A stretch of 64,000 nt of DNA from Curvularia clavata (GCA_023920165.1 CP089274.1:372001-436000), one strand, 5' to 3'; shown: positions 10,454 to 23,776, counted from the stretch's first letter. Notes: generated from the letters alone by a model not told the origin. Made by a program: numbers and translations.

Positions 10454-12467
10454 TCATACACCCTTTCCATCTCCACCCACACGCTCCAGCGCCTCCCTCA
10501 CTCTTAACACGGCTTCCCTTGCTGCCCTTCTCTCGGCCACATCCTCTGGTTCCGCAACTTCCTTCTTCTCTGTATTCTCAATGATAAATCTCACACTCTC
10601 CTCTGTGCTCTTCAGCGTACGTCTACCCTCTTCTTTCACAGTAACTTGCCATGACTCACGGGCTCCCTCCCATATCTTCTGCATGCGACGAAGGGAGAAA
10701 GTGAGGCCGAGGGCTGCGACAGCCGAGGCCTCGAAGACAGAGAAAGAAGACATGGATACATAAAGCAAGGCTGAGGCCGCGGAGGAAATGGATGTTGTGC
10801 TGAAGGTTTGAAGGAGGAGGCGTTGGGCGAGGGCTTGGAGAGGAGGCACGGTGTCGTTGATGAGTTCGGTACGGGCGTTGGAGATTTGTTGGTGCCAAGG
10901 TATGGGTTTACGGACGTCGGTGGAAAGATCCATCCGCGGGTTTTCTGCTGTCGGCGCTGTGTCTTCTGTAGTAGCCTCGGGTATGCTGGAAACAATGGGC
11001 CGTTGGATCTCGTCTGGGTAGCCGGCTTGATTCATGCGCCCGGCCAGGTAGACACTGTTTTTCTCAGCAGAGACGAGCCACCGTCGTTCCAATATCTCGG
11101 AGCTGATCATTGTGATGTCGTCAACACGCCACAGAAGTTTCCACCAGGCCAGCTTGTGCCAGTTCTTGGCCGCAAACGCTTCGTCGAGTTGGTCGCGGAG
11201 CTCTGTATGAGAGTTCTCAGCCCATGTCTCGAGATGGCCTACAATGGAGGCCGCGACCTCTGCATCGGTTTGAACAGATGCAAGTTTCTGGAGCCGGGCA
11301 GAATCTTCCTTCAGAACATTGGCTTCTACATCGTCTGTAACAGAAGATATAAGAGTCCTCAGCGGAGGCTTGATGCCTTCTGAAGTTTGGAGATCTTGAA
11401 CCAACCATTGAGACAGAGCTGGCAGACCACTTTGGAACCACAATCGCTCGTATATGGTTGCGTTTTTAATGGATTCACGGAAGCTGTCCAGCGCTTTGGC
11501 ACCAACCGCGACATTTACAGGAGCACTCTCAGTACTGGCATCTGGGGTTGACTCTGTCGATGGCACCGGCAGGTCAATAGCCACTTTGACCATGCCTTGC
11601 ATCTCATCGAGACCGTCTGCCGAAAATCTCCCAAAAGATATCGCACTGTCGAGTCCCTCTCCCAATATCAATGTCTTGTGCACTGGGTACGGGACTGGCA
11701 GTCCCCTGGCAGAAGTAGCCTGGAGTTTGGGAACCAATAGCGACTCGGTGGGGCTCTCTGTTGACACATGAGGGGCGGTTCTGGCGGTGTTGACGTTTAC
11801 CGTGGAGACAAGGACCTCGAGATTGTGCGAGTGGAGAGTACGGGAAGGAACAGCGAGGACTCTGTAAAGCGGTGTTGGCGGGTAGGCATCGGGGTCAGTG
11901 CCATACCTGTGCAGACGTGTCAGCTATTGCGCACTCTCCTCACAGCGTTCTAAGTGCACCCACTTGAGCAGCACGGCATTCTCATTGCCGTCAGCAGCCT
12001 TGATCAGGTCCCTCTCCCATTGCTCCTCGGCGGCCAAAGGGTCCGCGACCAGTAGACGTGCCAATTGCTGCGCGCTTAATTGACTGTTCAGACCGAGGAC
12101 TGTGGCATTGTCAGCGCTCATGCCACTAGCCATGCATTTGCGGGTGCACTGTACCAGCAACTCTTGTCACGGCGTCTTGTGCAGCCAGGCCCCGCAATGC
12201 CAGCTGTAATCTACTGATATTGACATATGTTTCTGCCGCTCCACTGAGGGCCGATAAGGCATCGTATAGTTCTTTGTTGCGTGGCGGGACGTTGGGGCGC
12301 AGATTTATCGCAGTCGGCGAGACATGCGTCGATGCGGAGCGGGCGCGGAGACCGGTACATGTCGAATTTGGGACATTGCGACAGCGAAGCGCAAGCGGAA
12401 TCCGATCAATTGACCCTGTCTTGCGAAAGAGGGTCAGTCGCGGCACGGAAGCCACCCATGGAGGCAT
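10454..12467 (-). CDS. MMC1: Mmc1-like mitochondrial protein
   Basis: Arg-rich presequence-like N-terminus and two introns. C-terminal WAENSHTELRDQLD...WHKLAWWKLLWRVDD and LRRMQKIWE motifs are typical of Mmc1. Confidence 0.75.
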
Positions 12468-12866
12468 CGGGCTTGAAGATGAGCATTGCTACCATCGTCT
12501 GAAATGTTGCACTTGACGTAGGTCGGCAAAGCTAGCTTCGGCTCGCGCACGTGCGCTGCTCCATCATCATATCAGCACTCATCTGCCATGCACATTCACA
12601 CCAACGAATTCAGTCAAGCCTCAGGCACAGGAATTGTTTCCATTCGATCAAAAGCCGGCTCATTCATGTCTGAGCAGTCGGCTAGCAATTATTACCGTCC
12701 ACTAGGTAATACCTTATGGGCTACGCTTGTGTGGTCCAGATATGCCTGCGTGGTATACTCATGATATTTGATCGCCCCCAGTATAGAAATCAACAACTTA
12801 AACAACCCTTCATGTCATGGCTCGTCTGTCGGCCTCACTTTCCGATCGTGAACGCGTGAATCGCGC

Positions 12867-14895
12867 CTAGCTCTTCCGGTTACGACTAGATCCAGATGAC
12901 CTGCACATATTAGTTATTGCACGACAACGCAACCTCCAGCACCACTTACATGCTAATGCGCCTTGCGACAGTGGCAAGGCCCTGGTCGTTCTCGGCCTCC
13001 TTGGTCGCCTTCTCGAGAGCCTGCTCTCGGCTCACCTCCTGGGATTTTCGTACTTCCTCGTGGCTTGGCGGCAGCCTCTCGTTCTGCAAATCAACCTTAC
13101 GTGCATCCTCGAAACTGTGAATGGCCTGCTTGATTCCTTCGGCGCCGAGCATCAGCGTGCCTGCAGGGAGTCGACCACCCGATGCCGTCTTCAACTCCGT
13201 AACCCGCTCAGACTCTTCGCGAAGCACCTGGAATACACGAGAGAGACGTCCAATGGCCAGAATCTTGTTCTTGATAGCGCGACGCTTGAACTCGGTCGAT
13301 TCTGGGTCCAAACTGGACAGCGGGGGTGAGGAGGGACCGGATGCCAGAGAGCTGGGAGTTTCCTCTTCCAGTTCTTCCTTGGAACAAGTGTTCAAGATAG
13401 CAATGAGCATGTCAGTGACTGGATAGGGTTAGTATATACAACTCAAAAGTCAATGGGCTTGGCATACTCTTCTCTCCAACGAATGGCAGCGACCATGTGA
13501 AGACATCCATGAAGTTGGGCAACCAGTATGGGTGCGGTGTGCAGTCTGAATATGTTAGCCTCCTGACACATGACCGAGTGAAACAAGCTTACTGAATTGG
13601 CGAATGTTCATAACATTGTTCTCGTACTTGAGCACAGCAGCCTTGTTATTATACACATCCAGATAGTTGGGCGCACTGAAAATTGTCATGACACTGGGGA
13701 AGCCAGTTGTCCGCGTCTTCCTGTACATTCGGTAGCCAGCATCCTGGGCCTCGTGTGCACGGATAATAGACAAAAGGTTATTCTTTTCGAGGAAAGCGCA
13801 GGCGGCTGGGTATGAAAAGAAGTATGAACATCCGCGAACGTGGTTGTGGACGAAGAAGTCGTTGGTCTTCTCCTGACCAAATTCCTCGAGCGGATCAGCC
13901 CAGAGGATGTCGCACATGAGGCCGTGGGTTGGGGGTTCCCGGAAACGGTCAATCTACAAGGTCAGCTGCGGTACCAGAGACTTGAGAAGTGCTACATACG
14001 CTCTTCAGATCATCCAGCGTGTGGAGCTCGGGGCTCAATCCACCGTGTATACACAGGAATTGCTTGTTCATAACTGCAGCCAGAGGCAGTGCGCAGAAAG
14101 AGTCCATGCATGCCTCGTATACGGCCTCGGAGTACTTGTGCTTGCATTCAAGTTTGAAGGTGAAGTAATCGGTCAAATGGCGGCACTCGTGGTTACCTCG
14201 GAGCAGCCAGAGGGTATTGGGGTACCAGATCTTGAGGGACCAGAGGTACAGAACACACTGCAACTGTCAGCGAACTGCACGTGGCCAACTCGCCCGGCTA
14301 CCTTACCTCTATACTGAAATAGCCACGGTCGACATAGTCACCGAGAAATAGGTAGCGCGTCTCAGCCGGGTCGCCACCGACTTCAAAAAGTTTCATGAGG
14401 TCGTAGTACTGGCCGTGGACATCGCCACAAACAGTGATGGGTGCGTCCATTTCCAGCATGTTTGGCTCCGACTTTAGGATTTCCGTGCCCTTCTTGAGGA
14501 TCCATAGCGCCTGCTGTTCGGTCAAGCGACCTTCACGGTAGAAGTGTTGCTTCAAAAACTGGATGTTGGGCTTGGTGCGATCTTGCGGTGAGAAGAATTG
14601 CTCGTCGCTGGGCGGGTGGAAGGCGGGTGCTTGAACGTCTGCGAGGCACGGAAGCATTAGCTGACTCTCCCGACTGGTGATTGTTGCGGAATGGCTTTTA
14701 ATAGCAAGGCAAGCTAGGCAAAAGTCGTGAAACAGGCATACCTTTGCAGACACGTTCCTGGGTGCTCACTTGGGTGCCATCTTCCATGGTATGGAGAGTG
14801 AAGTCGATCTCGGGGAGGGGCTTCTTCTCCCGCACGGCGCGGATTGCATTGTCGATGTATTTGCTCTGGTCGACATCTTGCTGGTTGTTGTCCAT
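12867..14895 (-). CDS. CNA1: Calcineurin catalytic subunit A (PP2B)
   Basis: [40 protein letters not shown]; CaM-binding [15 protein letters not shown]; autoinhibitory [17 protein letters not shown]; multiple GT-AG introns. Confidence 0.98.
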
Positions 14896-15923
14896 GGTGG
14901 GCGGTCTGTGCTGTTCGCCTTGAAGGGTGAGCGCCAGGAGACGGTGGAGGTGAGGGCAACGAGGTAGTGGGGCGAGCGCAATGACCTCCCAAGCTCGAAT
15001 GGCGGCAACGCGCGAAACCAGGGCCGAGACTCGCTCCTGATTGTGAAGGCCGACACCACGAGATTATCAAACCGCCGTGTCCGTACAGAGTGTCGCAGTC
15101 TGCCTGGTCGCGTGCTTGGGCGTGCGCTGTCGAGAGGAGCCTGGAGCTGAGATTTTGGTTGCAGAGGGGAAGCCCGCTTGTGCTGTCTGTTCCCTGGGCA
15201 GCTGGCCAATCAGCGGCCGAGTAACGTCATAACCGGTGAATAGTCAGTATGTTCTGCGAGTAACAGCAGGAGTGTAGGGCCAATGAATAGGAGATGCAGC
15301 GATGCATGCCTTGCAGACGAGGCGACATGGCAGAGCGCGACGGCCTGCGTTGGTCAGGCATATCTGTCTCATCTAGAAGTCACAATGCAGCGTGCAGGCA
15401 CCCCCTCCCCGGCCTGAATTTGGACTTCTGCCCGCTGGACCCTTGTCTATTGCCAGCCGTTGTTAAGGTTGGCACGAAACGCCAACGAAACAGGCACCAC
15501 GGATTCGACACCACAGAGATTAGGGGACATGTGCAGTAGTTTGCAGATAGAAATGAGCGTTGTCATTGGTTTTTGCACACTCGCGGTGCTATGTATGCTG
15601 CGCTCGTAGGCACGAGACTGACCACAGGACTTCTCTTAATCCTCTAGAAACAAGGCATGCCAGCTGAGCTGAGCATGAACGAAAGAAAGAATACAACAAA
15701 AGTAGAACACAAGAAGAAGAAGAAAAATAAGTCGCAAGCCAGACCCAGGTGGTATCTACCTTGTGTGACCCAATGTGAACACCAAAACCCAAAACCCATC
15801 CTCCCAATCCGTGTATATCATTGTCCGTATCCCCAACTCCAAACGATGCGTTTTCGTACCCGGTGGCTCAATCGGGTAGGCGAGAGCGTCCTAAACACCC
15901 AATAGCTATGCAGCGTATCGCAC

Positions 15924-17141
15924 TTAGATCAAGTGAGAAGCAGAGTGGCGGCGGTGGAGGTGAGCGCGAGGGAAGTGGAGAGATCGCTTCTTGGCCGAGG
16001 CGACAATAGCACCAGAAGAGCAAGACATGCCGGTTGCGAGAGCCTGGGCAACGGCACATCCGTGGTTGCAGAGACCAAACTGGTTGCTGCCAATGCAGAC
16101 AACAGCGCCCTCGTTGGTGCATGGGGTGCAATCGGCGCTGCCAGAAGAGCCAGAGCTGCCAGAGCCAGCAGAAGGCGCCTGGGTGCCGTTGTCAGGCTTG
16201 GTGGAGCCATTGCTAGGGGTCTCTGGGGCAGCAGGCTGAGGGCTGGTAACGGGCTTGGAGGTGATGGGGCTAGGAGTGGGTGTGGCAACTGGGGCAGAGG
16301 AGGCACCAGGGGCGAAGACACCTCCACCGTTGGCGGGGAGAGAGGCATTGCCAGAGCTCTGAGCAGGAGCTTGGCTGGCTGCAGGCGAACCCGACTCACC
16401 CTGAGTGGGGGTTCCAATTTCGCCGTTACCAGCGCCCATCTTGGTAATCTTGTTGCATCCAGAACCAGTCAAGGTGTCGCCGAGCGAGGCACCATTACCC
16501 TCGACAAGGTTCTTGCCAGGGTTGGGATAGTTGAAGTCCTCATTCTCCTTGGTGGAGCACTCAGTAGCGGGCAGGTTGGCAACGAACATGTCTGGTAGGG
16601 ATGAGAGGGCCTGGGAAGCGCTCTTAGTCGAAGCCTTGCCAGTACCACTTCCGACCTGAATTGGTGCGCAGTTCATGTAGAACTCGCGGTTGCCAACCTT
16701 GTTGAGCCATGTCCAAGCGAAGGTGTATTGGCCATCAGGGATGTCTTCTGGCATCTTGACTGGAAATTTTGCAGCACCAGTACCGTCTGGGTTTCCAGGC
16801 AGGTTACCGGAGACATTCGAGGGACATCCTCCAACAACGCTCTCGATGACTTTCCATTGTGAGTTGATGGATGGTTGTTGGTCGGTAGTGATAGAGAACT
16901 GGCATGAACCACCGCCGTGAACTGCAGAGCCTAGGAAAGAGACCTCCTGAGTCTCACCAGCGTTCCATTGGTTCATCTGGGTGATGTCGTACACTCCAGG
17001 GCGTTGTTTGCAAGGGAAATCGGCAGGCTCCAAGGGAGAGCTGTTAAGGGTGTCGAAGCCAAAAGGCTTTGGGTGGGCCATCCTCATGTGGGCGGAGGCA
17101 CTGGCGGCAAGCGCCATGAGCATAGTAGCTTGGGAGAACAT
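15924..17141 (-). CDS. AA11 lytic polysaccharide monooxygenase with low-complexity linker and C-terminal Cys-rich module
   Basis: Signal peptide followed by N-terminal His (HMRM); SAVHGGGSCQ, GGCP, WTWLNKVGNREFYMNCA. P/S/G-rich linker, then CTPC...C...C..GC...C. Confidence 0.92.
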   Translation of the reverse strand: MFSQATMLMALAASASAHMRMAHPKPFGFDTLNSSPLEPADFPCKQRPGVYDITQMNQWNAGETQEVSFLGSAVHGGGSCQFSITTDQQPSINSQWKVIESVVGGCPSNVSGNLPGNPDGTGAAKFPVKMPEDIPDGQYTFAWTWLNKVGNREFYMNCAPIQVGSGTGKASTKSASQALSSLPDMFVANLPATECSTKENEDFNYPNPGKNLVEGNGASLGDTLTGSGCNKITKMGAGNGEIGTPTQGESGSPAASQAPAQSSGNASLPANGGGVFAPGASSAPVATPTPSPITSKPVTSPQPAAPETPSNGSTKPDNGTQAPSAGSGSSGSSGSADCTPCTNEGAVVCIGSNQFGLCNHGCAVAQALATGMSCSSGAIVASAKKRSLHFPRAHLHRRHSASHLI

Positions 17142-18020
17142 TTTGATTTCTGAGAGAATGATGGCGATAAAAGTCTGTTTTCTGTTGGAAATCGCTAGAC
17201 CGGCTGAGCGAAGTAAAGAATGTGGTGACTGTTGTCTGGAATTTGCTGGGTTGATGTGGGGATGAGTGGTAGATGGTTGAGTCTAGCTCTTCAGCAGCGC
17301 GCAGCAATTGTAAAGAATGTGATCTGCCACAGGCAGTATTGCAATGAAGAAGGAAAGGAAGGAAGAGAAGTCTGGTGTTGCTGTGGTAGCTGGTTGTGGA
17401 TGGGGACTTGAGACGAAACGACTGCTGGGTTATATAAGTATACAGACGCCTGGCCACCTGTCTAGGCTCGGGCGGTGGCGGTCGAGGAGAAGAGCGACGA
17501 GTACGGCAGCACTAGCAGCCAGGAGCCACTGGGCCGGCGGATCATCGTCAAAAAGCATAGGCTATTCGATGGAGCAAGGTCTCTGTTGCAACGATGGGCA
17601 TACTTGTTCGGCTAGTTTGCCCCTCGGGGTTTAGCGGCAGGGGTGCGACAGTCGGATAAGTGGTGTAGCCAGCAGCTTCGGGAGCGAGCGACAGGCACGA
17701 AATGGATACCATTGGCCATGGTGTTATGACAAGGCCTTTGTCCATGAAACAAAAAGAGCGGAGAAGGGCTCGGATGGGCAGGTCTTGGTGCACGGCTACG
17801 TCCAGGGGTGCACCATCAGGTTTGAGGTTTGTGCCTGCAGTTTGCCAGATATGCAGGGGCTGGTCGTATCCGTGGCCTATCGATAACGCCAACGCTAGCG
17901 ATAGCGTGGCGTGGCGATCGCTAGCCAAAGCTGAAACGATCCACCACCTCTGCCATGGGCCCTCTCCGCCTCTCCATTGGCCGTTACCCTCACCTCCACG
18001 CACGCAGCACTCACACCCTT

Positions 18021-19708
18021 TTGCTTATCCAGCAGCAAACCACGTAGCACCGCGGCGGCTCTTGGTCGCTAGACACCCTCTACTAACCGCCCTACCTGTG
18101 TAGGCGTACCACAGATTCAACCCCCAACTACTGCCAGTCGGCCGAGTCGCGCGCCATGGCACAGCGACGACGACGCTTCTTTGATTGCAGGCTCGCCCGC
18201 CAGCCGGACCCATCTATGACATACACCCCTCATGCATAGTATCCCTGGTATACGTCTTCATGCGCAGGGTCTTTTTTTGGCTTGCCATAGTGCTCAGCCG
18301 CCTATGCCGTGACGGTCGGCAACGGCAGAGGTCCCTGCCCATGGGCAGTGCGGAGATCTGTGCAAGGTACGCTGCTTTGAATGCTGCTAAACTGGTCCAT
18401 CGGCGAAATGCGAGTACCCATCAGCTTGCTGTTAACACGACTGCGCCACACGGCCGCAGCTTTTGACGTCGGCAAAGGCGAAGCGAAAGGATTCCGATCT
18501 GGCTACCGGCTGTGTGGCTGTAGCTGTGGCCTCGTGGAAACCTGGGTCAGGTGGCCCGCCGGTTGCGACCAGCTGGTCTCGCTACCCGCCGCTCGTCATC
18601 TGCTGGCTGTGGAACGGCGCCGCCGTCTTTTACTCGTCAACAATCGCCGCCCATGATTGGACCTCCATCAACTACACCTTGTTTCACCAAAACGCTCATG
18701 CCCAAGGAACCCACTGGTAAATGACTAGCAAAGAATGACACCTTGCCCGGGCTCTCCTTTCTCCCAAGTTGATCAGTGGAGCCTGGAGAAGGCTCGTAAA
18801 GCTTGGTTTCGGACGCTCCACGAATAACATCCGCTGGCCAATCGACTCTTGGCCGATTTCCCAGGCAGTGACGACGACGGCAATACCTAGAGCGTGAACC
18901 AAAAGCACGGCTGTCACACTGCCTATGAAGACTTTTACGCGCTATCAGTCGCGCCCCTAATCCCTTAGCAGATATGCTTAACAGACAAGCATTGGGTCAT
19001 GACAGCCGAAGGGCAAGCAGCTGCCTTAGTTTTGAGTCACAGTAAACACCAGTGGACCAACACACTCGAGCACAACCACTAGGAACCCTACCGTACCCTC
19101 TACCAGTCCGGTTGAACTCCGGAATCCCTTCGGATCCAGTTCGCGCATACAACCCAAATTATACAAAGGGCCTCCAATAGGCCAACTACGGCAAACGGCA
19201 GATACCTTCGCCATCATGAGAACAGTTCAAGTTCATTTTTTATTCAGATTTTTCAAAGCGCCGTCCTGCTTTTCTTTCGACGCTCGATAACTTTCCACTG
19301 CTTTACTCACGCTTACAAACGACTGCGTTGAGTTTCCCATTGCAGATTTTGTTCTGGGGCTTTTGGGATCTTCGCTTTTTGCCTTGATAGGTGCAAATCT
19401 CCGTATGAGTTTGGTCCGCCAGCAAATAGCATTATGAGCTACACCTCCCTAGTAAAATTAGCATACCATCTGTTTCATACCAATTTATGGGCCTGAGCAA
19501 GTTCTCGCTCGGCCCATCAGTCAATGACAGTGAGTAACTACTGACACGGTTCTCACAATAGCCCCGGACGGCACCCTTTCACACGGTGGGAGAGTTCCCG
19601 GTTCCGTTCCATAGTTCTTTGGGTGTTCTGGATTTCGACAGAAACGCCACACCCCTGCGATGGGCAACCGCTACGTATGTGCTCGAGACTTCAAAACGGA
19701 ATAAGCAA
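18021..19708 (+). ncRNA. Candidate ~1.7-kb multi-domain structured ncRNA; telomerase RNA is one unproven hypothesis
   Basis: No credible CDS. End-to-end helix 18021-18030/19698-19708 encloses several nested helices whose G-U pairs favour the + strand (see findings). Confidence 0.45.
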
Positions 19709-19757
19709 TTTGAATTCTAGATCATCTGGCTGATCGTTCGGCTTCCTAAACAGAGTA

Positions 19758-22700
19758 TCAAACATTCGATCTCCAACGCCAAGAAACAACCTTCTTGTCG
19801 AACCAAGTGGCTTTCGACCTGACTCTCACAAAAGGCGTCTTCTCAATCCCGATATGAACTCTCCCGTCACCACCGCCAATGAAACTTCCATATCCATACC
19901 GTGCGTCCACCTCCTCAAGATGCCGAGCACGACCCCTTTTGTCCAAGTATGATGTCCCTCGCATATCCAGGACTGCTGCACTAGCCGCGAACAGGGCAAT
20001 CAAAGAAGCGATTGATGTGGGCATCCGTGCAAGATATCGGCCTGGTCGACGCATATACACCATGATTGCCACGACGACATAGGTGCATAGAATTGCCTCG
20101 GAGATGATGAACATTGGCGTCGACACAAAGAGACGTGTCTCCGGTTCTATGCGCCAGCCTTCTGATGCCGCTGCGTTCCCGGCCTGGTTTGGCAATAACA
20201 GTTTGTCCTTATTGGTTCCCATCCAAATTGCAAATAGAAGCGAGTAGACCCTACTCAATGGATCTTCTATTTCGCTAAAGCTGGGAACGTCTTGTTTGGG
20301 ATCGATCAAGCGCCTACCATTCGCTGTATGACTGATGAAGTAATTGATGAAGCCGTCGGCGAAAGTGTCGTTGTGCCATGCCTCACTACCAGTCATGAAT
20401 AGGTACCTGTTGGATTGTCCAATGAGATTAATCGGATCGTTGCTGAAAATTCCAGTCGGCATATGGTCATCCAGCGTCATGTTCTCTGCTTTTTTTCGCA
20501 AACGACCACTGGAGTCGACACTGACAGTTGCGAAGCCAGTCGTCAACCTTGGCCGGCAATGAACAAAAACCGCATTTTGCTTGTTCAGTGCCCTCGGTTT
20601 GATCTCGCCGCAGGAGCCATTACGGTCTCGAAGCCATCCCATGACAACTGACCCCATGCATGCTTCCGCGTCGGCCTGGGACGCGTTTGCGGTTGGCCCC
20701 AGAATGAACACAAGCTCCGCGGCACTAGGTCCAGTAACGCAATTACCTTCCTCGGTTGATATTGGTCCTTGCCGCATATATGTTGAGGTTTTAGTACATT
20801 GGACAGATTTTCCAGCGTCAGAGGTGATTGTGATGTTGACTGAAGGTGCAACAGCCTCGACTGTCGGCACCACAGTTATCAGGCCGGCTTGGAATTTCTC
20901 ATCAAATTCGAGGCTGTTACACTCAAGCTTGGCGCCAAAACTCCTTGTCCGACCTTCTACTTCCCGTATGGCTGATGTGGCGTTGGATCCCTCTGCGAAT
21001 AGCGGCAGGTAGAACATCGTCTCGTCGGTCCATGCAGGCAATGGTGTACCCTGTCTGATGTATGAGTCCGCGACCAAGAACTGGTCTTCCCCGTTGCCTC
21101 CCTGGTAAGCACCGGATGCTTGTAGAGAGCCGAAGGATTGATCGCCTAAAGGACCTATAGTGCCGTTGATTGGGACAAATTTGAGATCGTATGGTGGACT
21201 CATGGTTGTTTCTTTTCGCATGTCGATTGTGGTCTGGTTCAAGAGTCCTGCCAGACTTACCGCGAGCAGATTCGCGAGCAAAGCCATTGAGCAAACCGCA
21301 GCAAGAACAAAATGTTTTGCTTTCAAAGCTTTACCGAAGACAAGCTGTGGCGGAAGAGAGCTGTAATCGAGATCGATTGACTTTTTGGCACGTGCGTTAC
21401 ACCCTTGGAGCTCCTCGATTGGTTGCAGCATGCACAGCAACCGATTGAAAAGAACCCATGCTGGTTCGATGAGCGTGGCTATCGCGGTAGGAATATAGTT
21501 CTCAAGAATATTCTGCACGATGGTATTGGATGAAGGGAGAGGGAGACCTGCTTCTGTCAGTACTATGGAGTGCGGAGTCAGACAGTCATGTTTACCTTGT
21601 AATCGAGCCTTGACGAATATCACAGTCAGAACGACTACAAGTCCGACGAAACAACCAACAAGTGGACCTGTCACCCACAAACTAAATTCCTTGGGTCTGA
21701 CAGGCTTCGCGATGTCGGATACTGTGTTGTGGCGCTGTGTTGGAGATGGTGAGTGACTGTCATCGCCGATGACTGCAGGTGAATGAGGCAGCTCAACGAT
21801 ACTGTCTATTGCATCAGCAAAACTTCCAACCTGGCTAATATTGCACGACACCTACCCAATTGAGAACCCATCATCAAGCAGCTTGTATCTTTTTTGAGCA
21901 AGGTGCTTCTCGATATCCTCCACCTTGCAGCAGTCCAATCCTTCTACGTCTGCCAACAAGGGCTCGTTATCAGCGACCATGGACATTATGGCGGCGATTG
22001 TACTTGGATTGGAGCGGAGGTTTTTAGTGCGAGTGACCGAGAGGTATAGGAGCGCAATGGTTGCTACAGATATAACACCAAGAAAGCCCTCAACAATATA
22101 AACGAAGACGGGCTCGACCAAGACAGCTTCTGTTGTGTCTAGTCTGTGTCCCACAACTTTCTCGACAGTGCGAAAATCCTGGTCCAACACATCTCGCATC
22201 GCCCGCGCAAACATCAGTCTGTAACCATCTGCGTACGATTTGCTCAGTACCTTCCAGTCCAGATATTCTTCCAAAGGATGATTGCTGACACTCAAGGCTA
22301 GACCAACCATTGGTTGGACTACTGCAGCACCCTTGGGGCCGCTGCTCAGACTTAAGTTTGTACGTGCAATAGGATCGAAATATTGAGGCGTGGATTTAGA
22401 TGGGAGTAAATCACCCCTCACTTCGTTACCAACCGAAGTGCTGCTCATGAGCTGCTCCAAAAGAGTGGTGTTGAACATGCCATCTTGGAGAGGCTTTTTC
22501 TCGCCGACACGATCAACTTTTATAGGCTGTAGCGTGACTGCATCCACAGTGGCAGTCACATCTTGTTGGTAGTAAGTCGGCCAACAGTAGATTGCCGTAA
22601 CATCCTGAGGGGGGTCTGTATCCTTGGCCTTATTGCGCTGTATCGCGGCATAAAACGTCGAATTACTGGTCTCAGGGCAGGATTGATCCAAAGAGTAATC

Positions 22701-23776
22701 TGCAAAGCCAAATGGGTTCCAATAACCCACGTACATGGCAGTGAATTCCTTGATTCTTAAGACGGCACTATCCCCGTGGGCCTTGTTCAAGCCCATCGTA
22801 AGGTTTCCGTCTAACCCCATTTTGAACGTACATCCATTCGAACTGTTAGCAATAGCCCCAGTGAGAATAGGATTTGGCCCCATGACAGCGGGTTCGCAGT
22901 ACAGATCCACACTGTACATTGTTGTTGGTGCTGTCCAGTTACCATACGGTTTAGAGCTATTGTCAGATTTAGCATCAGGGGTCGGTCGGAAAGGAGCAAG
23001 CGTATAGTTTCGTCCCATATACTGCGTGAGAGTCTCGTTCAGGACCGCAATTCCGTATGTCGACTGAGCAAAGCGCAGAGTGAGCGTCGACGCCTGTTCA
23101 CTAGCAGGCACGAAAGCCGTTGAGCGGTCGAACGGCAGGGTGACATTCCGAGTAATGGATCGTGTAGAGAAGATACCAGCTTGGGTAGGCACCAATCCCC
23201 AGGTAACCAGGACGACTGCAAATGATCCCCAGAAGACAGGCCAGTGTTTATCTCGAGCGGCTTTGATCGGAACCAATGGGAGGAAGTCGAATGGGTATTG
23301 CAGGAGTATCGAATCCTTGCCTAGCGCACCGTTCTCTTTGCTGAGCTGATAGTAGGGCTCCATACGTTTGGTCTCCAGATCTATCCATGCCCAGTACATG
23401 CTGAAGATTACAGCGACGATCGTTGGGAAGTATAAGTAAAGGAATGTTCGACTCAGGGGGAGATCGCTGATTCGTGGGGCGAAGATGATGCCTTGATTCT
23501 GTTGACTCTTGGTAAGTAGAAACTGGACAACGGCGATCAGAGACCAGCAGATCAAGATGGTCAAGATTAGGACCGGTGCGCGTAATGCAGTCGGTTTCCA
23601 TCTTTTGGGAGCTATACATTCATCAGTACCAGCTCTTACTTGGCATGCATAGGATGAGACGTACCTGGATCTTCTGCGCTACCACGTGAGAATATTGACA
23701 CCAAAGCACCCGATTTCTTCGGCCGGGTTGTGTCATTGACACTTGAGTTAGATGCAGGTACAGTATTAGCATCCAT
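19758..23776 (-). CDS. DUF3433-like multi-pass membrane protein with duplicated domain
   Basis: ATG at 23776, intron, then RWKPTALRAPVL. Motifs YLYFPTIVAV, KRMEPYYQLS and a second copy NYIPTAIAT...LQPIEELQ. Introns at ~21805-21856 and ~21548-21596 join the two long ORFs. Confidence 0.85.

Noticed and set aside
18021..19708. Group I/II intron, hammerhead ribozyme, RNase P/MRP, or a protein-coding gene
   Set aside because: I found no P/Q/R/S, domain V, CUGAUGA core or correctly ordered CR-I/CR-V motifs. The short ORFs are not protein-like.
21800..21860. In-frame TAG between two abutting long ORFs, suggesting readthrough or A-to-I editing
   Set aside because: The stop lies inside a canonical GTAGGT...GCTGAT...CAG intron; splicing restores the frame.
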